From contig OZ242180.1 in NCBI GenBank assembly GCA_965205485.1, positions 4,704,001 to 4,768,000 of the forward strand: DNA of 64,000 nucleotides, in the 5' to 3' direction. A program made the position numbers and the translations under genes. The DNA is from Candidatus Latescibacterota bacterium. GTDB lineage: Bacteria > Latescibacterota > UBA2968 > GCA-2709665. The notes under the pieces were generated by a model that was given only the letters and a program-made list of their open reading frames with translations, had not been told where the DNA came from and did no database searches. How positions within the stretch are numbered: position 1 is the first letter of the stretch; each line of letters begins with the position of its first letter. Shown here piece by piece: positions 38,215 through 48,313 of this stretch.

Positions 38215-38376
38215 GAAGCTGTATTAAAATTCCCAGCGGTCTTCGCGCGGCTGCAAACGCGTCGGTCTGCGTTGGTCGAATCCACCCTTATCTTTAGATA
38301 GGGGCGAATTCGCCCGCCTGGACCGACACCTTTTCGCTCGCGCTCGGGAACTCACCGGCAATTCTAATACAGCTTC
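38215..38376. mobile_element. MITE family A, short form (162 bp)
   Basis: GAAGCTGTATTAAAATT / AATTCTAATACAGCTTC with TTA on both flanks. Confidence 0.88.
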
Positions 38377-38668
38377 TTATTAGACAACACTTCAACCGAA
38401 TCCGGGTTCCGAAATTCTGAACGCCCGTTTCGAAGGGGTCCGCCCCTGCACGTCGCGGCGCGCGCCTGCCGTCCACACCCGCAAGAAGCCCGCCGGAAGG
38501 CATATCCGCTCCCGGCCTCCACGCAGTCGGAATCGGTTATTCATATCTTCTTTATTTTAATGAGGATAATTCAAGACAAGGGCAGAGCGCAAATCTACAG
38601 GTTTGCGCATCGGGAGTCAAGCGTTTTTTGCAGAATCCCACGTATCGACGCCGGCTTGCCCTTTACGT

Positions 38669-39742
38669 TCAGGGCGTGACCCGACCGGGCACAACCACGA
38701 CGTAGATCTGGCTGACGCCAGTCCGGTCCGAGGTATAGATGACCCGTTTCCCGTCAGGGCTGAACGACGGGTGCGGATGGGACCACTGGGGTCCGTACGT
38801 TTCGGGCCTGGTCTTGTCGTCATCCTCGGGGACCGTCTTCGCCCACTGAGTTCCCCCATTCGAACTGCCTGGAAAACACAGGGTTTCGTGCGCTCCGGTC
38901 CCGGGGTCGATCAGCTGCAGCCCGATATCGGGACACGTGGTGTCACACACAATGAGGGATCCGTCCCGCCGGGGCGAAGGATGCCAGGCGTTGAAGGAAG
39001 CGATGGTCCTGTCTTCGTCCTCCCCCACTCCGATACCCCGCAGGGCAAACGGCCAATGCACGAACATCACTTCATCGGAGTGCCCCAGAAAGGTCTCGTG
39101 CGTTATCCAGACCGACCTGTCGTGTACGAACAGCGCGCGTTCCGCGCTCCCGTCAATCCTTACTTCCCACATGCGTTGATTCACGTCGCTCGAGTACAGG
39201 ATCAGGTCGGGGTCGACCGGGCAGACCTGAACGTGGCCGACGGCGCGGGGCGGTTCGCACACCACGCGGAATCCGGACCCGTCGGTCTCCACCGCGACCA
39301 CCGCCGACGCTCCATCACGGTGCCATGAGGTCACCAGGCGCGCGCCGTCTGACGAAAGACTGCATCCGCCCGCGCTTCCGCGCCCGAAATCGGCGAGAAC
39401 CGACTCCTCGAACGTGTCTAAGTCTACGGCGCGTACCTGTCCGCCCGCATTGTAGAATACCCTCTGCCCGTCTCGCGAAGGGCAGGCGGCGAAGCCCCCG
39501 AACCCTTCCGTATCGGTCAACTGCGTGATCGTGCCGGCCGCCTCGTCCATTTTGAAGAGGTCGGGTTTCCCGGAGCGATACGAGGTAAATACAATGGTCT
39601 TTCCGTCCGGCGTCCACGACGGGTTCGAAAAGTACAGATTGTGACTGATGGCGGGATGATCCGTCATCTGACGGATCGATGCACCCGTTCTCTCGTCCGT
39701 CAGTCTTCTCGTCTCGGAAGCGAATGTGCGTCCTTTGCCCAT
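38669..39742 (-). CDS. Oligogalacturonate lyase family / TolB-like beta-propeller
   Basis: MGKGRTF, NLYFSNPSWTPDG, HPHPSFSPDG, YTSDRTG. Confidence 0.75.
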   Translation of the reverse strand: MGKGRTFASETRRLTDERTGASIRQMTDHPAISHNLYFSNPSWTPDGKTIVFTSYRSGKPDLFKMDEAAGTITQLTDTEGFGGFAACPSRDGQRVFYNAGGQVRAVDLDTFEESVLADFGRGSAGGCSLSSDGARLVTSWHRDGASAVVAVETDGSGFRVVCEPPRAVGHVQVCPVDPDLILYSSDVNQRMWEVRIDGSAERALFVHDRSVWITHETFLGHSDEVMFVHWPFALRGIGVGEDEDRTIASFNAWHPSPRRDGSLIVCDTTCPDIGLQLIDPGTGAHETLCFPGSSNGGTQWAKTVPEDDDKTRPETYGPQWSHPHPSFSPDGKRVIYTSDRTGVSQIYVVVVPGRVTP

Positions 39743-39780
39743 AACGTAATCTCCGAAACCTGGCGTTTCCGGGGCGTTGG

Positions 39781-40980
39781 CTAACGCTTCGGAAAGAACA
39801 CGTCCACGCACGCTTCCACGTCGAACGGATCGCACCCGTATTCCCGCGAGAAGCGTTCAAGCAGCCTCGTTTCCCGCGACGTGGGTTCCCGCAATGGCAG
39901 GTCCACCGGCTTCCCTCCCAGCCGCCCGGATTCGGCCACCGCCAGTTCGATCTCGATATCCTTCCGCGCCCTGTATCCATCATATCGCGTCGGAACGTCG
40001 TCCAGTACCGCCCTTGCAATACTGTCCATCTCCTCCACGATCGCCAGCCCGCGGGGAGACGTCCGGTACTGCGGCCACGGATTCAGCCACACCACCGGCG
40101 GGTCGGTTTCCACCACCATCCGGTCCAGCACGTGCGTCCCGTCCACTTCGCGCGTCTCCGTCCTGATGGGACAGACAGTGGCTCGCCCGCCACTCAGACG
40201 CTGCGCTTCCGTGGTGGTATGCACGTCATCCTCGACAATCGTCCCGGTGGTGCCGTCGACCTGAAACAACGTCTGGCTCTTGCGTCCGAGCGCCTGCCCG
40301 TGATACATGGAAGAGTAGGACATCACGGCCAGCGCGCCGTTCGCGAACTCGACCAGATCCATCGTCCAGGATTCCGTTTCGTATTGCCGGATGTCGCTTA
40401 CGTTTACCCTGGGAATCGGCGAATTCATCGCCAGGCCGGTAACGCGCACGGCCTCGGAATCGCACGCCATCGCACGGACGTTGCTCACGATGTGGTAGCC
40501 GCCGGTCTGAAAGAGGGAGAACACCCGCAGGACATCCCCGATGTGCCCGGCCTCGATCGCCATGCGTTTCATCAGGTGCATGGGTTCCCTGCAGAACTGC
40601 TCGGCCACCTCCAATTTCACCCCGCCGCGTCTAGCGGCTTCGATCAGGACGTCGGCAGTCTGCAGCGTTGGGGAGATCGGGGTTTCCACGATCAGATTCA
40701 CGCCGCGCTCAGCCAGGTACGCGCCGACGGCGTGGTGCGAATCGCCGGGCGTACTGATCGCCGCGACGTCGAGGTCTTCATTCGCCGCCAGGTCCTGGAC
40801 CCGCGAATAGGCGGGCACCCCGAATTCCGCGCCGACCGACCGCGCCTTCCCCTCGTCCACGTCGCATACGGCCGCCAGTTCGAACACGTCCGACATCATG
40901 CGGATCGCGGGCAGCCGCACGCCCAGTCCCCGGCTGCCGCATCCCACCTGCGCGATCCTGAGTTTGCGATCCTGGGGCAT
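39781..40980 (-). CDS. Gfo/Idh/MocA family oxidoreductase
   Basis: Rossmann VGCGSRG, STPGDSH, VETP (variant of EKP). Confidence 0.88.
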   Translation of the reverse strand: MPQDRKLRIAQVGCGSRGLGVRLPAIRMMSDVFELAAVCDVDEGKARSVGAEFGVPAYSRVQDLAANEDLDVAAISTPGDSHHAVGAYLAERGVNLIVETPISPTLQTADVLIEAARRGGVKLEVAEQFCREPMHLMKRMAIEAGHIGDVLRVFSLFQTGGYHIVSNVRAMACDSEAVRVTGLAMNSPIPRVNVSDIRQYETESWTMDLVEFANGALAVMSYSSMYHGQALGRKSQTLFQVDGTTGTIVEDDVHTTTEAQRLSGGRATVCPIRTETREVDGTHVLDRMVVETDPPVVWLNPWPQYRTSPRGLAIVEEMDSIARAVLDDVPTRYDGYRARKDIEIELAVAESGRLGGKPVDLPLREPTSRETRLLERFSREYGCDPFDVEACVDVFFPKR

Positions 40981-41109
40981 CGCATCCCCCTACTCACTGG
41001 TTAATCTCAATTCGAAAAAGACAACCGTCAATTTACCACAAAAAGCACAAAAGGCACAGAAGGTGTCGGTGCGAAAACGGGGTACTGAGGTCGTACATGT
41101 GAATGGAGT

Positions 41110-41217
41110 TTCGGTTCACGTCCAGAGACTTGGTGTATCCTGGTAATCCGCTGCCTAATCGTCTTAATCAACTTGCACATATTCGATTTAACGTCCACGA
41201 AAGACGACGAATCAAGG
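41110..41217 (-). repeat. Dispersed ~110-bp repeat, copy 1
   Basis: Aligns with 51646-51753 and 56631-56729. Confidence 0.8.
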
Positions 41218-41300
41218 CTAAAACACCATCGACGAGACACGGAGATTTATTCGCAATCCTGCCGACCACGCGGGGCATCCCGAAATATACAAAGCCTGCT

Positions 41301-43343
41301 TCAGTCTCGGAGAAACCTCAGCCAACGACTCGGGCGCCTCACCCGCCGATTCAGGAACGATTCCAGCCGGTCGCGTTTCAGTACGATCTGGTCCGCTACG
41401 CTGGCGGTATCGTCCAGGATCCAGTCTGGAATATCGCTTTTCATCCGGCTCGATGCCATAATGTCCGCCGCAATGATCACCGTGTCCCCGGTGAGGGTCC
41501 AACTGCCGGATGGCGGCTTGCGTTCGCGACTGTATTTGTCAAAGTGCAGCAGGTTCGCGAGTATGAGGCGAGGCCTTTCAAATGCCCGTTCCTGATACTC
41601 ACTTAAGGTCATCGGAGAACACCAGGCGGGCATTACGACGCCTGGAGGCAGGTTCTCCTGGAAGATACGGCACAGGACAGATGATGACAGCTCAAGTGCG
41701 TCCACTTCATCGCCTTCCCTACCTCCAGACTTGAGCAGTTCATCCATTTCCGATAGCATATGCTTCAGATACGACTGGTAGAGCTCAGTACTCAGCCTTT
41801 CGCGAATAGATGCGACTGACCTCTGGAGTCTTCGCCGGGCCGTGGGATCGTCACCCGGCAAAGACGTCCTCGTATAGATCATGAGACATCGTTTTACGAT
41901 TTCCGGAAGAAAGCTTCGAGCATCGGCATTCATGGAAAGCGCAAAACACGGGTACTCAGAATAGGTGATGGTCTCATCTTTGATAATTTCGGGAGCGTGC
42001 CGGCTGAATCGGTCGCGCGTTACGTCATCGAAGACCACCGGAAATCGCCTATAGGATTCCTGCAACCCACGAAGGTTGCTTCGCGTGAAAAACTGCGTCT
42101 CGACGATTCGGGGATGAGAAAACATCGACGCCATCAGCGTTTCGATCAGGCTGCTCTTTCCACAATTGCTTTGCCCGTAGAGCACCGCGAACATCGGTTG
42201 GTCGAAACTGAAACGACTCCGCCGCAGGGCGGCATTTCGCAAGTCGCACATAAATGGTGAGAAATAGAACCAGCACATGAATGTGAAGTAATCGCGCTGC
42301 AATCGGGCAATATCACCTACAAAGCCATTCTCATAATTGCCGAAGAACTCTAACCAGGCGGCGACGTCACTCCTGACTTGAGACGGGTCGACGTCAAGGC
42401 TGAGTTCCTGGCCTGAGAGCGAGAAAACACCTCCGTTGCATGACAGATACGTCTTTGGTCCCTCATTTTCATGTCTGGTCGTGCGGATTCGCGTCATCTG
42501 CCTGACGATCGACGACGTGAATTTAATTATACCCTTTCTGTCGGGCCGGATGTCGGCCAGGGCCTGCCTGCGGGCCGGCTTGATGTGTTCAACCTGCGTC
42601 AGGACTCGAGGCACACTGTATTCGGGCTCGCCATCCTCTTCGGACGGCACGAAAATCGACACGCCGTTGTTGCTGCTCTCAGCCTCCTTCAGTGCAGGCG
42701 TCTCTTCTATTGGCAAGAGTTCCGCCGGAATGGGCTTTTCGCGCAGTGGTACTCTGCTCGAAGCGATGTCGCGAACCGCGCCATATTGCCGGCGATAATG
42801 GTCCCACGCAACGTCGTCGTTGTCGAACGCGATCAATGTTTCGGCCTGCCGCCCCGAGAACGCCGTCTCCGAAAGGTTGGCCGAGCCAACAACGACCCGA
42901 TGCAGTCCCTCCCGTTCCAGAAGGTAAATCTTCGCGTGCGCGATCGTGTCCTTGACGACAAAAAAACGGGCGGATTCATCCACAGCGCGATCATAGATGA
43001 ATTTCTTCCGTTCTTCGGACAGACCCTTGATACCCACGAAGCCTTTGTTCAGCTTTTCGTCCACGACGGCCTGGAACCCAAGCAGATCGGCAGCGTCACG
43101 AGGCAGAATGCCGCTGTGGCCGAAAATACATTCGAAATCCTCGTAGTCGTAGTCCCTCAGCAGCCTCATAATCATCGGTATGCTCGGCGTATACGTCAGC
43201 GCACGCATCGATGTGAAGCCCCCGAACAGGGAGTCCCTGTGGAATCTCTCCGAGCCGCTGGCGCTCGCGTAGACGACGTCCAGTCCCTCACTTTGCGTGC
43301 GGGCGTGTGGGTCATCGAGAGCGAGGTTTTGTTGGGTTTCCAT
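41301..43343 (-). CDS. PLD-like (HxK) nuclease fused to a P-loop ATPase (NgoFVII-like), putative defence protein
   Basis: HAKIYLL...GSANLS...E PLD motif; Walker A GQSNCGKS; Walker B VVFDD; SMN motif. Confidence 0.75.
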   Translation of the reverse strand: METQQNLALDDPHARTQSEGLDVVYASASGSERFHRDSLFGGFTSMRALTYTPSIPMIMRLLRDYDYEDFECIFGHSGILPRDAADLLGFQAVVDEKLNKGFVGIKGLSEERKKFIYDRAVDESARFFVVKDTIAHAKIYLLEREGLHRVVVGSANLSETAFSGRQAETLIAFDNDDVAWDHYRRQYGAVRDIASSRVPLREKPIPAELLPIEETPALKEAESSNNGVSIFVPSEEDGEPEYSVPRVLTQVEHIKPARRQALADIRPDRKGIIKFTSSIVRQMTRIRTTRHENEGPKTYLSCNGGVFSLSGQELSLDVDPSQVRSDVAAWLEFFGNYENGFVGDIARLQRDYFTFMCWFYFSPFMCDLRNAALRRSRFSFDQPMFAVLYGQSNCGKSSLIETLMASMFSHPRIVETQFFTRSNLRGLQESYRRFPVVFDDVTRDRFSRHAPEIIKDETITYSEYPCFALSMNADARSFLPEIVKRCLMIYTRTSLPGDDPTARRRLQRSVASIRERLSTELYQSYLKHMLSEMDELLKSGGREGDEVDALELSSSVLCRIFQENLPPGVVMPAWCSPMTLSEYQERAFERPRLILANLLHFDKYSRERKPPSGSWTLTGDTVIIAADIMASSRMKSDIPDWILDDTASVADQIVLKRDRLESFLNRRVRRPSRWLRFLRD

Positions 43344-43448
43344 TTCTTTAAGTTTTCAGATTAAGTGCTTTGAGAACCTTCATCTCGGTTTGCACGTCTC
43401 GTACGGATACCCGTTCACCACGTAGGGATTGGTGGGTTTTTCTTGGTT

Positions 43449-44122
43449 TCATTCATGAATCAAGATCAAGTACACCGCACCATTCTTAATAGCGAAATCA
43501 GTCATCGGACAGCCTAATGACGACGGTCTTACCTCGTGCAAAAGTAATCGCTCATGGGTTCGTCGTCCACGTAGATCCCAACCACGGTCGCCTTTATCTC
43601 CCTTCCTATATCATTTTTCAAATATATCGACACGACTGGCTCAAGGCTATCTATTGCGAAGCTTTGGTCGGTGTAAAGCTGCAATTGGTTCCTTATAGAA
43701 GGTGGTATAGCAAGCGAGAGAACCTGGTTTTCCAGTGAAATGACATTGATACAATCATCTCGGCTATATTTACCGTCTTTGTGTTTGTCAATAGCGATCG
43801 GTATGGAGAATTCAGCAAATGTGACGAAATTCTTCGAGTAGCACTCCTTAAACTCGGCGTCATTGAAGATGGTTGGAATTTTCGATTTCGTCTCAAGTAG
43901 CGAACTGGAGGGCTTCCTCGTGTCGCTAAAGTCATGGCATGAGGGGATTTCAGCGCGTACAGTGCCGAAAACGAGCGGATCGCCTTCGGTAGTTTCGGAC
44001 CCGCTCACGTCTGGCTTTAGCATACTCATCTTGACAGGGATGTCGATATGAATCTTGCAGCCCGCCACCGACGCCAAGATTGCTGCTGAGAGCACCCCAA
44101 TCATCGCATGTTTGCTCTTCAT
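43449..44122 (-). pseudogene. Lipoprotein of unknown function, C-terminus apparently frameshifted
   Basis: RBS GGGAGG and lipobox VAGC; the ORF stops at 43529 but protein-like text continues in other frames (ITFARGKTVVIRLSDD; TDFAIKNGAVYLILIHE). Confidence 0.5.
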
Positions 44123-44279
44123 CCAAACCTCCCTGGTTCTTCTGTTCAACCCTTGCGAGGAGATGCCTCAGACCTCTAAGACGTGTTGTTGCATCAATGT
44201 GACTGTACAATAGGCCGGTTGAGCGTTCTCAGCATCGAACTTGAACCAAACACCACAAAACCCGCCGTATAAGGGGTAT

Positions 44280-44364
44280 ATTCCTCTTTGGCTGCCTTAT
44301 CAACAAAACTGGGGTCTGTTAAGACTTTGCCGTTACCCGTTTCGACCTTGGTGTCCTCGCCCAT
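44280..44364 (-). pseudogene. Truncated relic of an XRE/HigA-like antitoxin
   Basis: MGEDTKVETGNGKVLTDPSFVDKAAKEE aligns with MGEEIKIEEGSGNVFTDLGFGEEEAKEE of the 46024 gene; RBS GGAGGAGG. Confidence 0.65.
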
Positions 44365-44626
44365 AGTCTGCCTCCTCCTGCATTTACTATGGATCCCTAC
44401 TTATCAAAGCGAGGCGCCTCTCCAAGATTTGGTCGGCAAAGAGTCCAAGTAGCGTCTAAGGATCCTCTCAGATGCCTCTAACCGAAACTTCCTTTTTTGA
44501 GACTTCTGCGAATCTGATAGAATAGCTACGCAGATCATGTGTGTCTGCTTCAGGTAGAGCTCTGTCCGAAACAAACCACGGCACTACGCAAATGACGGAC
44601 TTATTTCGAAAACAACAACGCCAAAC

Positions 44627-45343
44627 TTAATTTGCTACGAGGTATAGATTCGCTTCTCGTTCGGCCTTTTCCTCGATGTATTGCAACAGAAACTCCCTTG
44701 CACCTTTTCTGCCGACATAACCGTAATGCAAATCATTCCATATCGCGACGACGCGCTTGTATGGTTCATTCCCTCTATAGATGATTAGGACCTCCAAGAG
44801 CGTTGTGCTGATGGTGAAAGCCGCAGCCGATTTATCTTCCTGCCATGCTGCTTCAATCTTGAAATCTATCAGGGGATTCGACGATTCCGACAATGGGACA
44901 TCGTATCGCCTAAGCGTAAGTTCGACTTTTTCTTTCGCACGCTGTTCGGAAAGTAAATCCTTTGCATGTTCGTTTAGAGTGACGAAGACGGCCAAGCTGT
45001 CGATCCCAGAAAAGCACGTCTTTTCGTTAGCAAGTTCTGCCGTCGACTCGGCGACGAGACTTTCCCAGGCCATAACGTAGCGCTGTGGAATTTCTGCAGG
45101 CACTTCGACCTTTTTTACGGACCTTTTTTCCACTACTACGGTATCGACCACCGCGACTGGCTTCACGATCACCTCTTTTACCAATAACGTGTCAACCACT
45201 GCAATTGTGTCCAAGACAATGACCGTGTCGATTCGAGCATCAACCGATTCGGATTGATCTTTTCGTTCTTGTCCAGAAGGTCGGCAACTGACCACAACTA
45301 GAAGAAAAGTAGCGAATGACGTCAAGAATGCGATTGATCTCAC
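44627..45343 (-). CDS. Hypothetical lipoprotein
   Basis: GTG start, hydrophobic leader with VVSC lipobox, repeated (V/I)DT(V/I/L) segments. Confidence 0.65.
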   Translation of the reverse strand: MRSIAFLTSFATFLLVVVSCRPSGQERKDQSESVDARIDTVIVLDTIAVVDTLLVKEVIVKPVAVVDTVVVEKRSVKKVEVPAEIPQRYVMAWESLVAESTAELANEKTCFSGIDSLAVFVTLNEHAKDLLSEQRAKEKVELTLRRYDVPLSESSNPLIDFKIEAAWQEDKSAAAFTISTTLLEVLIIYRGNEPYKRVVAIWNDLHYGYVGRKGAREFLLQYIEEKAEREANLYLVAN

Positions 45344-45697
45344 GTGCAGGAGTATTGGCCACCGTCGGCCCTTATCTGGCTGCCTCCATTCGTGGTCACT
45401 AACCAAATGCGCACACCAAGAGCCGCTAAAACCTGTGCAGTTCCGCATCGCGCGAATCATTAGCTAGCGTGGCTTGGCTTTGCTCATCCGCAACCAGATG
45501 GGTGACAGAGAACGCGGGCGCACGCGTGATGAACAAATCACTCCCCCTTGAGCGGGAGTAGCAAAATCCGATCCGGCTCCTGGGCTGTCGACGAGCCAGC
45601 AACGGCGGATACGGCGCGTGGGCTACAACATCATACCGTATGCAAGCAGCACTATCAAACATGAACGCATCTTGCGTAGACGCCTTACTGTAAGAAT

Positions 45698-46024
45698 CTA
45701 AACCGCAATGACTTTCGTGGCGCGTTGGTTCCCAGGCCAATTGATATGGATGCTCACCTCGCAATTCAGGCGCTCGAGGAATCGCATCAGCCTTTCGACG
45801 CTGTAATTCGAAAACTTGCCGCGCTTGAGCCTGGAGATCTCAGGTTGCTTCACGCCCATAATCCTTGCGGCCTTCGTCTGAGTCAGCCGCCGATGTTTGA
45901 GAATCCGGAAGATTTCCGCACCGAGTTCCGCTTTGAGCAGTTCCTCCTTGGCTTCCTCTTCACCAAAGCCGAGGTCTGTAAAGACGTTGCCGCTGCCCTC
46001 TTCGATTTTAATCTCCTCGCCCAT
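45698..46024 (-). CDS. XRE-family HTH (HigA-like antitoxin), orphan
   Basis: GSGNVFTDLG, LTQTKAARIMGVKQPEISRL, YSVERLMRFL. Confidence 0.85.
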   Translation of the reverse strand: MGEEIKIEEGSGNVFTDLGFGEEEAKEELLKAELGAEIFRILKHRRLTQTKAARIMGVKQPEISRLKRGKFSNYSVERLMRFLERLNCEVSIHINWPGNQRATKVIAV

Positions 46025-46050
46025 GGTCTTCACTCTCCTGTTTCGTCAAA

Positions 46051-47151
46051 TCAACGCGCCAGCCAGGCGCTGAAGCGCTCGTTCATCTCGTCCAGGTGAT
46101 CGCTCCACCATTCCCAGTTGTTGTGCAGGGCGCGCTTCACGTTCTGAGGGCTGGTGGGCATGTGCGGGTTCATATCCACGCCCTTTTCGGCATGCGTCGA
46201 AATCAGCGCCATTGCCGAACGGCGCGTCGGACTGTATGAGATGTACCGGCCCACACCGGCGATGGCCCGCGCGCTTGTGGCGAAGTTGACGAACTTCCTC
46301 GCCGCTTCGAGGTTGGGCGTGCCCGCGACAATGCCCAGTCCGCCGGTATCGAGAACCTGACCGTCCCACACCACGACAAAGGGCTGGTCTTCCAGCACCT
46401 GCGCGTTGAAGATGCGACCGTTGTAGGCCGTACTCATAACGACCTCTCCGTCCGCCAGCATTTGCGGCGGCTGCGCCCCCGCCTCCCACCATACGATGTG
46501 CTCCTTGATCGTGTCCAGCTTCCGGAACGCGCGTTCCACGCCCGCGGGCGTGTCGAGCGCGGCGTAGACGGAGTCGATGGGTACGCCGTCGGCCATCAAC
46601 GCGAACTCCAGGTTCACCAGTGGAGATCGGCGCATGCCTCGGCGCCCCGGGAACTTCACCAGATCGAAAAAGTCTGCGATCGTGGCCGGTTTATCTCCCT
46701 TTATGTTGTCGTTGTTGTAAGCGTAGATTGTCGAGTAGAAGATCGTTGCAGGCCCGCAGTCAGTCAGCGTGCCGGGGACGAAGTCCTCCGCGGCGGGCGT
46801 ACCGTCCGCCCCCGCGGGGAGGGAACCCACGGCAATCGGTTCAAGCAGACCCTCATCGCAGCCGCGCACCAGGTCCGGAATCTCCAGGTCCACAACGTCC
46901 CAGTAGACGTTGCCCACGTCCACCTGCGCACGAATCTGCGCCAGGCCGCCGTTGTAGTCTTCCAGGTTAATCGCAATGCCCGTTTCGGCGGTGAATGTCT
47001 CGTGGTACCCATTGACGCACGCGCGGGCATAGGACCCGCCCCAGGAAACAACCGTCAATGGACGGTCATCGGCGGCGGCTCCGCCGGCGGTCAAAAAGGA
47101 CAGTCCTGCCAGCGACGCGATGCGAACGACCTTGCTTAATACGTCCTTCAT
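46051..47151 (-). CDS. Polyamine/opine-type ABC transporter substrate-binding protein, paralog 2
   Basis: VVSWGGSY, FPGRRG, LEFALMADGV, AYNGR. Confidence 0.9.
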   Translation of the reverse strand: MKDVLSKVVRIASLAGLSFLTAGGAAADDRPLTVVSWGGSYARACVNGYHETFTAETGIAINLEDYNGGLAQIRAQVDVGNVYWDVVDLEIPDLVRGCDEGLLEPIAVGSLPAGADGTPAAEDFVPGTLTDCGPATIFYSTIYAYNNDNIKGDKPATIADFFDLVKFPGRRGMRRSPLVNLEFALMADGVPIDSVYAALDTPAGVERAFRKLDTIKEHIVWWEAGAQPPQMLADGEVVMSTAYNGRIFNAQVLEDQPFVVVWDGQVLDTGGLGIVAGTPNLEAARKFVNFATSARAIAGVGRYISYSPTRRSAMALISTHAEKGVDMNPHMPTSPQNVKRALHNNWEWWSDHLDEMNERFSAWLAR

Positions 47152-47212
47152 AATGATTCCTCCTCGTCATCCGTTCCGACAATCTGCAGCCGGTCGTGAG
47201 TAACCGGCTGGT

Positions 47213-48313
47213 TCAGCGCGCCAGCCACGCGCTGAAACGCTCGTTCATCTCGTCAAGGTGATCGCTCCACCACGCCCAGTCGCTGCGCAGGGCGCGTTTC
47301 ACGTTCTCAGGGCTGGTGGGCATGTGCGGAATCATGTCCACGCCCTTCTCGGCGTGCGTCGCGATCAGCGCCATCGCCGAACGGCGCGTCGGACTGTATG
47401 CAATGTACCGGCCGACACCGGCCAGGGACTCCGCACTCGTGGCAAACCTGACGAACTTTCGCGCGGCTTCCAGGTTGCGCGTGCCGGCAACGACACCCAG
47501 CCCCGCCGTGTAGTAGACCTGGCTGTCCCACACCACCACAAAGGGCTGGTTTTCGAGCACCTGTGCATTGAAAATGCGCCCGTTATAGGCCGTGGTCATC
47601 GCCACCTCCCCGTCGGCCAGCATTTGCGGTGGCTGCGCCCCGGCCTCCCACCACACAATGTATTCCTTGATCGTATCCAGTTTTCGGAAGGCGCGGTCCA
47701 CGCCGGCGGGCGTGTCGAGCGCGGCGTATACCGAATCGATCGGCACCCCGTCGGCCATCAGCGCGAATTCCATATTCACCTGCGGCGAGCGACGCATGCC
47801 GCGACGGCCCGGAAACGTCTCCAGATCGAAGAAGTCGGCGATAGATTCCGGTTTCTCGCCCTGGAAATGTTTCCAGTTGTACGCAAAAATCGTGGAACCG
47901 AACAACGACGTCGGCCCGCAGTCCGTTATCGTTCCGGGCAGAAAGTCCTCCGCAGAGGGCGTACCGTCGGCGCCTGCCGGGAAGGATTCCACGTCCACGG
48001 GTACGAGCAGGCCCTCGTCGCATCCGGCCACGAGGTCGGCAATCTCCAAGTCCACCACGTCCCAGAAAACATTGCCCACGTCCACCTGAGCGCGTACCTG
48101 CGCCAGACCGCCATTGTAGTCTTCCAGATTGATCGGGATACCCGTCTGCGCGGTGAACCGCTCGTGGTAGCCCTTGACACACGCTCGCGCGTAGGATCCG
48201 CCCCATGAAACGACGGTTAGCGGCCGGTCGTCGGCGCCGGAGGGGATCGCAATCGTCAGAGACAATATAACCGCATACGCGACCGGCAGTATGATCTTGC
48301 CGACGTCGTTCAT
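47213..48313 (-). CDS. Polyamine/opine-type ABC transporter substrate-binding protein, paralog 1
   Basis: Same motifs; tandem paralog of the same length (366 aa). Confidence 0.9.
   Translation of the reverse strand: MNDVGKIILPVAYAVILSLTIAIPSGADDRPLTVVSWGGSYARACVKGYHERFTAQTGIPINLEDYNGGLAQVRAQVDVGNVFWDVVDLEIADLVAGCDEGLLVPVDVESFPAGADGTPSAEDFLPGTITDCGPTSLFGSTIFAYNWKHFQGEKPESIADFFDLETFPGRRGMRRSPQVNMEFALMADGVPIDSVYAALDTPAGVDRAFRKLDTIKEYIVWWEAGAQPPQMLADGEVAMTTAYNGRIFNAQVLENQPFVVVWDSQVYYTAGLGVVAGTRNLEAARKFVRFATSAESLAGVGRYIAYSPTRRSAMALIATHAEKGVDMIPHMPTSPENVKRALRSDWAWWSDHLDEMNERFSAWLAR

Noticed and set aside
38550..38580. Fur box in the AT-rich region upstream of the Bat operon
   Set aside because: Only about 8 of 14 positions match the 7-1-7 consensus
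41168..41200. dif/XerCD site (GGACGTTAAAT resembles the XerD arm)
   Set aside because: No XerC arm at the correct side and spacing
43350..45700. Integron cassette array
   Set aside because: No integrase and no convincing paired RYYYAAC/GTTRRRY attC boxes found by eye
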